64,000 bases of DNA from Clostridia bacterium (GTDB lineage Bacteria; Bacillota; Clostridia; Christensenellales; CAG-138): assembly GCA_045603585.1 (NCBI GenBank), contig JAZUMK010000002.1, positions 6,522-70,521 of the forward strand. Reading direction: 5' to 3'. The translations under genes were made by a program, and so were the position numbers. Positions 56,947-64,000 of this stretch are shown here, in pieces. Below the pieces are notes generated by a model. That model had not been told where the DNA came from and ran no database searches. It saw only the letters and a program-made list of their open reading frames with translations. Position 1 is the stretch's first letter. The number at the start of each line of letters is the position of its first letter.

Positions 56947-57957
56947 TTATTGTTTCTGTGTTTTTGCTCTGTGAGAAATAAGCTCTGCCGCAATGCTTAT
57001 GGCTATTTCCGCAGGAGTTTCCGCACCGATAGGCAGACCTATGGGGGTGTGCACGCGGGCGATGTCCGCATCGCTTATTCCGGCTTCCGAAAGGCGCTTG
57101 TTTGTAAAAGCAATCTTGCTGCGGCTGCCTATTACGCCAACATAGCTTGCGGGAGTGCGCAGAGCCTGCTCCAGCAGCTCATAGTCTCCCTGGTGGCCCC
57201 GGGTCATAATGACGATATAATCATCGGAAGTAACATTTATGCGGGAGGACATCTCACTGTATGGAGCAGTGATTATATCCCGAACGCCGGGGAAAAGGGA
57301 GGGGTCTGAAAACTGCGCCCTGTCTTCATACAATACGACGGAAAAACCCAGATGCACCAGCACAGGGGAAAGCTCCTGAGAGACATGGCCGCCGCCAAAA
57401 AGATACAGGGTCTCGGCCTTGGTAAGGGGCAGTACATAGAGGCTGCCGTCCTGAGAAAGGACAGGCCGTGAGCTTAGCAGGGGGAGAATGATATCTTTTG
57501 ATATGGGGAAGCTGGCGCATATACCTTCTTCATGGGTATACAGCCCCATGGCGCCATCTGCAAGAGAAGTGACCAGCCATGAATTTTGGCGGGTATCATA
57601 CAGCTCTGCAATGCGCTTGAAAAGCGATGCAGTATCCTTGTCATCCTGCGAAACATAGCGGAAATAAACCCTTGCGCGGCCGCCGCATATCATGCCTATG
57701 TCGGCGACCTGATTAGGGGTGAGGATGAATTCCTTTGGCCCGGAGGCGTGGGTTTTAAGCACCTCTCCCGCATGGAGCATGCTCTGATACTCAATGGGGC
57801 CGCCCCCTACGGTACCTGCGATGGAGCCGTCGGGAAATACGGCCATTGCTGCGCCGATTCCGCGGGGAGTGGAGCCGGAGCTTTGGATTATGCTGCAAAG
57901 GACTATATCCTGCCCGGAGATGAGGGAATTGTACATTGATAAAAATAACTGTTTCAT
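56947..57957 (-). CDS. XdhC/CoxI-family molybdoenzyme maturation accessory protein
   Basis: The ATG at 57957 gives MKQLFLSMYNSLISGQDIVLCSIIQSSGSTPRG...GGGPIE, the XdhC_CoxI N-terminal domain. A Rossmann-like C-terminal domain follows (LYLFGGGHVS). The 105-codon N-terminal extension in the track is rejected. Confidence 0.8.
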   Translation of the reverse strand: MKQLFLSMYNSLISGQDIVLCSIIQSSGSTPRGIGAAMAVFPDGSIAGTVGGGPIEYQSMLHAGEVLKTHASGPKEFILTPNQVADIGMICGGRARVYFRYVSQDDKDTASLFKRIAELYDTRQNSWLVTSLADGAMGLYTHEEGICASFPISKDIILPLLSSRPVLSQDGSLYVLPLTKAETLYLFGGGHVSQELSPVLVHLGFSVVLYEDRAQFSDPSLFPGVRDIITAPYSEMSSRINVTSDDYIVIMTRGHQGDYELLEQALRTPASYVGVIGSRSKIAFTNKRLSEAGISDADIARVHTPIGLPIGAETPAEIAISIAAELISHRAKTQKQ

Positions 57958-58084
57958 GGGTAGATTATGCACCTTTAGGGTATTAAATGAAATGGGGGGA
58001 ATACGAAGAACTATAGCATCGCGGGGATGTAAAACCAATAATACCGTAAAAAAATACCAAGATATTTGGGGAATAGAGCGGGGT

Positions 58085-59068
58085 TTATCGTTTTTTCGGC
58101 ATGGATTGGATAAGCGCCATCTCAAGGGCGGAGGTATCCGTCTGCTGGCCGGAAACCTGAAGGTATCCCACGTTGGCAAAGCGGCGGAGTATATCCGTAA
58201 GCTCCTCTCTGGAATAGCGCAGGGCGGCTTCGTATGCTTTTTTTGCAGGGAAGGAGCTGCCGGTAATGGCAAGCACCCGGTCTCTGTTCAGCCCCTTGTC
58301 AATCAGTGTACGGGCGGTAAGCATGGCTTTGAAGCGGTTTTCCATAAATGCGGCAATGCCAAAGGGATTTTCTCCGTCGGAAAGCATCATCCGATAAGCC
58401 CTCATGCCATCCTGTGCCTTGCCTGCAAGAAAATAATCCTGCATATCGAATATCCTGACCTCAAGGCTGCGGGTAACGCATTGGGATATGGCTTCTTTGG
58501 TAAGCTCATTGCCGGAGCCCACAAAGCCTGCGGCTTTGCAAAGCTCATTGTTCAGCACGGAAATATCCACACCTGCAAGGTTTACTATATGGCGTGCGGC
58601 GGCTTCGGTAATGGTAACGTTCAGCCGCTTTTGCTGCTGAATTACCCACTTTATGGCATCCTGCGGAGTGCATTTGGCAAACTCAACTACGGTGCCTTTG
58701 GATTTTATGGCTTTGACAATGGCAAGGGTCTCCTTGGCCTTTCCGCGGATGAAAAAGACCAGCAGTGTACTGTCCGGCATGGAGGGGAGGTATTCGGCCA
58801 ACTTTTTGCCCTCGCTGTCCGTGGGGATGCTGCGGCATATGACTATTCTGCGCTCAGCAAAAAAAGGCAGCATTTCGCAGGCAGAGATGATCTCTTCTGC
58901 ATTTGCTTCCTCAAAGGTCTGAAAATTCAGCTCCCTGCTTACGTCATCAAGGGTATCCTTGAGGGCTTTAAGGGCGCTGTCCTTAACGTATTCCTCTTCC
59001 CCATGCATGAGATAAACGCCGGAAAGGGAATTGCTTTTTATGCTTTTGAAAAACGTCATATAATCCAT
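58085..59068 (-). CDS. holA: DNA polymerase III delta subunit
   Basis: The 327-aa product starts (Y)LMHGEEEY and has the three-domain delta layout. It sits at the conserved position downstream of comEC. Confidence 0.85.
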   Translation of the reverse strand: MDYMTFFKSIKSNSLSGVYLMHGEEEYVKDSALKALKDTLDDVSRELNFQTFEEANAEEIISACEMLPFFAERRIVICRSIPTDSEGKKLAEYLPSMPDSTLLVFFIRGKAKETLAIVKAIKSKGTVVEFAKCTPQDAIKWVIQQQKRLNVTITEAAARHIVNLAGVDISVLNNELCKAAGFVGSGNELTKEAISQCVTRSLEVRIFDMQDYFLAGKAQDGMRAYRMMLSDGENPFGIAAFMENRFKAMLTARTLIDKGLNRDRVLAITGSSFPAKKAYEAALRYSREELTDILRRFANVGYLQVSGQQTDTSALEMALIQSMPKKR

Positions 59069-59075
59069 AGCTGCA

Positions 59076-60257
59076 TTATATCATGCACAATACCGCCCCT
59101 GCAAACATGGCGGCGCATGCGGCGTATTTCTTGTTGCCGGAAATCAGCGGGTAGTCAGAGAGAAAAATGTATCCGAGATAGATAAACAAGCAGGCAGCAG
59201 AGGAGATGCTTGCTTTCTTCAGGGCAAAGTCCACAGAGGATACGGTCTGTGCTGCCGATGTCATGACGGCTGTAAAGAACTCTCCCATAGGGGCAAGCAT
59301 GGCGGCAACACCCGGCGCAAACAGCCCGAGCAGAGTTATAAGTAGGGCGGAAATAAATACAAAGGGAACGAGGGGCAGTATAAGTATATTGGCAAACAGG
59401 CTAAGCAGCGGAACAGTGCCAAAGTAATATACCGACAGGGGCAATGTGCCAAGAGTGCCGCATACGGATACGGCAATGATGGCGGCAATATCATCGGGAA
59501 GAAAGCTGAGCTTTTCGGAAACGGGTCTCATCAGCAGGGCGATCGCAAGCACTGCCCCGAAGGATAGCTGAAAGCCTATATCAAACAGGGCAGATGGATC
59601 TGCAGCCAGTATTATTACTGCCGCAAAGGACATGCCGCTCAGCATATCATATCTTCTGCCGCACACCCTTGCGTACAGGGCGCAGAGGGTCATGACCGTT
59701 GCGCGGATAAGGGAAGCGGGAAATGCTGCAATGGCGCAGTAGATGATAAGCAATGCGGCGGTAATATAAAACTTGGGTCTTGCGGGACTTTTCTTTGTGA
59801 GCCTGTCGGCAAGGGCCGCCACAAAGGAAACATGCAGGCCGGAAAGCGCCAGCACATGGGCGATGCCGCTGGCGCGGTAGGCAGCGTATGCTTCTGCGGA
59901 GATATCTCCTTTGTAGCCCCACAACATTGCCTGAAGTATGGGAGCCTGCCCGCCGAAAACAGAGGCGGTTATTTTGGTCAAGGCTTCTCTTGTATAGTGA
60001 AAAGGAGCCATGATGCCAAGGGGCAGCTGAAGGGCGGGAAAGGTACAGCGGGCAATGCCAAGGGCTGCGCTTATGGCAAATACAGCCCAGCCATTGCGCC
60101 TCATACCCATGCTTATGGCGAAAAAACACAATAAAAGGCACATGGCAATAAAAAGCCGCGTGCCCTTTAATACATCCGAAAATATTATGCCGGCGCACAC
60201 TCCCAAGGCCAATGCAGCCATCGGCCTGTAATGGAATACGCTCTGGCGGTTATCCAT
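59076..60257 (-). CDS. comEC: ComEC/Rec2 competence channel domain only (no MBL domain)
   Basis: The 393-aa polytopic membrane protein has the Competence-domain signature ...YRASGIAHVLALSGLHV... It ends 8 nt before holA and has no metallo-beta-lactamase part. Confidence 0.75.
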   Translation of the reverse strand: MDNRQSVFHYRPMAALALGVCAGIIFSDVLKGTRLFIAMCLLLCFFAISMGMRRNGWAVFAISAALGIARCTFPALQLPLGIMAPFHYTREALTKITASVFGGQAPILQAMLWGYKGDISAEAYAAYRASGIAHVLALSGLHVSFVAALADRLTKKSPARPKFYITAALLIIYCAIAAFPASLIRATVMTLCALYARVCGRRYDMLSGMSFAAVIILAADPSALFDIGFQLSFGAVLAIALLMRPVSEKLSFLPDDIAAIIAVSVCGTLGTLPLSVYYFGTVPLLSLFANILILPLVPFVFISALLITLLGLFAPGVAAMLAPMGEFFTAVMTSAAQTVSSVDFALKKASISSAACLFIYLGYIFLSDYPLISGNKKYAACAAMFAGAVLCMI

Positions 60258-60658
60258 TAGAATACGGCCTTCATGATGCCCCTGAAGGCAATAGCTTCGA
60301 TTTCAACCAATGCGCCTGCGGGCAGCTTGGCTACCTGAACGCAGGAACGGGCGGGGAAATCCTTGCTGAAAAACTCGCCGTATATCTTGTTTACGGTGGC
60401 AAAGTCATTCATGTCCATAATGAAGACGGTGGTTTTGAGCACATCCTGCTGAATATCACCACATCCTGCTTCCATAAGCACGTTCTTCAGGTTGGTAAGA
60501 GCCTGGCGGGTCTGAGCCTCAAGACCTTCAGCCAGCTTGCCGGTGGCAGGGTCAATGCCTATCTGGCCGGAAGTGAATACAAAGCCGTTGACGTCGCAGG
60601 CGTGATTGTAGGGGCCCAGAGCGGCGGGAGCCTTGTCGCATTTAACTATCTTCTTCAT
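60257..60658 (-). CDS. ridA: RidA/YjgF-family reactive-intermediate deaminase
   Basis: The 133-aa product has GPY(N)HA, FTSGQIG(I)DP, ARS(C)VQV(A)KLP and VEIEAIA motifs. Confidence 0.9.
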   Translation of the reverse strand: MKKIVKCDKAPAALGPYNHACDVNGFVFTSGQIGIDPATGKLAEGLEAQTRQALTNLKNVLMEAGCGDIQQDVLKTTVFIMDMNDFATVNKIYGEFFSKDFPARSCVQVAKLPAGALVEIEAIAFRGIMKAVF

Positions 60659-60726
60659 GGCGAATATCTCCTTTGGTTATTTTTGCAAATATCTTACCAA
60701 AATGCTACACCTGACACAGGTGTTTG

Positions 60727-61194
60727 TCAATCTGCCCTTTTCATGAAGGAGGGCAGGTCCTTGTTCCACATGATAAGGCCGTCTTCTCCGGTATCGGAAT
60801 AGTACTTTTTGCGGCGGCCGGCCACCTCAAAACCCATGGAGGTATAGAGATTTTGGGCAACGGTATTGGATATGCGGACTTCAAGGGTCATGCTGACGGC
60901 ATGATGCAGTATGGCGGTTTCCATCATGTGCTCCATAAGCTGCCGTCCGTATCCATGGCCACGGTAATCGGGATGCACCGCCACGTTTGTGATATGAGCC
61001 TCGACGTACATTACCCACATGCCGCCGTAGGCCATTATGACACCGTCAATTTCACCAACCCGATAGTGGGCAATGTTGTTTTTCAGCTCGCCCAGCAGGG
61101 AGCTTTCGGACCAGGGAGAGCGGAAGCAAAGCCGCTCCATTTCCGCTATGCGGGGAACGTCTGCCTTTTGCATGGGGCGAAATTGTATGCTCAT
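60727..61194 (-). CDS. rimI: Ribosomal-protein-alanine N-acetyltransferase
   Basis: The 155-aa GNAT product (VHPDYRGHGYGRQLM) lies directly after tsaB-tsaE, the conserved arrangement. Confidence 0.85.
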   Translation of the reverse strand: MSIQFRPMQKADVPRIAEMERLCFRSPWSESSLLGELKNNIAHYRVGEIDGVIMAYGGMWVMYVEAHITNVAVHPDYRGHGYGRQLMEHMMETAILHHAVSMTLEVRISNTVAQNLYTSMGFEVAGRRKKYYSDTGEDGLIMWNKDLPSFMKRAD

Positions 61195-61842
61195 TTATTT
61201 CTTCTCCTTTGCAAGGCGCTCTGCCTGAGAGGGGCGAAGGTACAGGGGCATGGCCTCTTTTACAGTATCTCCCGCCATAAGCTTAGCCCAGGCAGCAAGG
61301 CCGCACTTTGCTGCGTCCACTTCATTGTTTTGCGCAAAGCGGGCAGAGGGCAGCGCTGCGGTTATGGCATCACGATGCAGCTGTGCGCCGTCGCCTGTGA
61401 TAAGTGTATCGGCGGGCAGGATTTCCAGCAGCTCGGATATGATCACTGCGGAGGGGGGGAGAGGTGATTTATCGGACATAACCATGGCGTAGCCGTTGCC
61501 GTTGCGGCAGTCTATGAGGGCGCAGGCGTTGTCGAGACCATACAGCAGCCCTTCCAGCGAACTGACCTGCACCACAGGCTTATTGAATGCGGCGGCCATG
61601 GCGTTGACGGCGCAAACGCCTATGCGTACACCTGTAAAGGAGCCGGGGCCTGCATCCACGGCAAATACATCCATATCTGCGGGTGTATAGCCGCAGGAAA
61701 ATATGGCCTGCTCAGCAAGGGACATTATAGTCTGGGAATGGGTAAGTCCACGTCCGCCCTGCTGAAGTGATATTACCTCTCCGTCCTTTATAAGGGCGGC
61801 AGAGGCAACCGGGCCGGAGGTGGAAAGGCAAAGCATCAGCAT
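61195..61842 (-). CDS. tsaB: tRNA t6A37 biosynthesis protein TsaB
   Basis: The 215-aa product has GPGSFTG(V)RIG and an ASKHA-like N-terminal fold. It overlaps tsaE by 7 nt. Confidence 0.88.
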   Translation of the reverse strand: MLMLCLSTSGPVASAALIKDGEVISLQQGGRGLTHSQTIMSLAEQAIFSCGYTPADMDVFAVDAGPGSFTGVRIGVCAVNAMAAAFNKPVVQVSSLEGLLYGLDNACALIDCRNGNGYAMVMSDKSPLPPSAVIISELLEILPADTLITGDGAQLHRDAITAALPSARFAQNNEVDAAKCGLAAWAKLMAGDTVKEAMPLYLRPSQAERLAKEKK

Positions 61843-62290
61843 TTTATATTCTCCAAAAGGGTTTGATATTTTTTCCCAACAGGTACAAAGCGCAGCGTGC
61901 GGGGCATTGCTCCGGAGCCTTCAATGTGCAGCTCCAGCCGCTCAGCGGGCAGGGCATAAGGAACACGCTCGCACCATTCCATGATTATTGCGCCGCCCCG
62001 GGCAAGGTAATCGTCAAAGCCTATTGCGTAAAGCTCTTCTTCATCCTCAAGGCGGTAACAGTCAAAATGGAAAAGGGGAATAGAGCCGTCATGCTCACGA
62101 ACGATGGTAAAGGTGGGGCTTTGAATATCATCTATGCCCAGAGCCTTTGCGGCGTATCTTGTAAATGCGGTTTTGCCTGCGCCAAGGTCGCCGAAGAGGG
62201 CGATGAATGCGCCGGGGAAGAGACCGGCGGCAATGCTGCCGGCTATTTCCTCAAGCTGCTGTTCGTTTACGTTATTGAGGGTAAGTTCCA

Positions 62291-62291
<1 letters not shown>
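61836..62291 (-). CDS. tsaE: tRNA t6A37 biosynthesis ATPase TsaE
   Basis: The 151-aa product has the Walker A motif GDLGAGKT plus SPTFT(I)V, HFD(C)YRL and (M)EW motifs. Confidence 0.9.

Positions 62292-64000
<1,709 letters not shown>

Overview
This window looks like core chromosome from a spore-forming Firmicute, probably Clostridia-like. It is moderately GC-rich by eye, has strong GGAGG-type ribosome-binding sites, and carries spoVAC/AD/AE, spoIIP, gpr and a BofC-like gene. I can place about 60 protein genes, nearly all with recognisable housekeeping roles. They are: spoVA genes, a VanW protein, an ECF S-component plus coaX, uvrB-uvrA, rex, maf, mreBCD plus PBP2, a MarR plus C_GCAxxG pair, glgP, ruvCAB, proS, lgt, pncB, trmK-nif3-zinc-ribbon, a GH2 enzyme, spoIIP-gpr, rpsT, dGTPase-dnaG-sigA, and a long minus-strand block queA-tgt-tsaE-tsaB-rimI-ridA-comEC-holA. 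RNA and regulatory features are a type-A RNase P RNA (minus strand, about 41177-41532), a proline T-box leader upstream of proS, several near-consensus sigma-A promoters and many rho-independent terminators. I see no rRNA, tRNA, CRISPR array, transposase, integrase, phage gene or recognisable defence gene. I did not find a convincing new multi-gene system. The least explained sequence is a roughly 280-bp nested inverted-repeat element (55027-55310) that fills a convergent intergenic spacer and could be a MITE or a structured ncRNA. Other items worth a second look are: an amidohydrolase/YgeY/YgeW module with an orphan ACP and SDR; a DUF937 protein with about a dozen LLGALLGG-(N)n repeats and a histone-H1-like lysine tail; a ComEC split into two distant genes; a small ORF interrupted at a C6 tract; an RBS-sequestering hairpin between gpr and spoIIP; and a tandem thioredoxin-like lipoprotein. 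The very long antisense ORFs in the track are codon-aligned artefacts. All family assignments rest on reading the translated ORFs and recalling family motifs. No database search was run.
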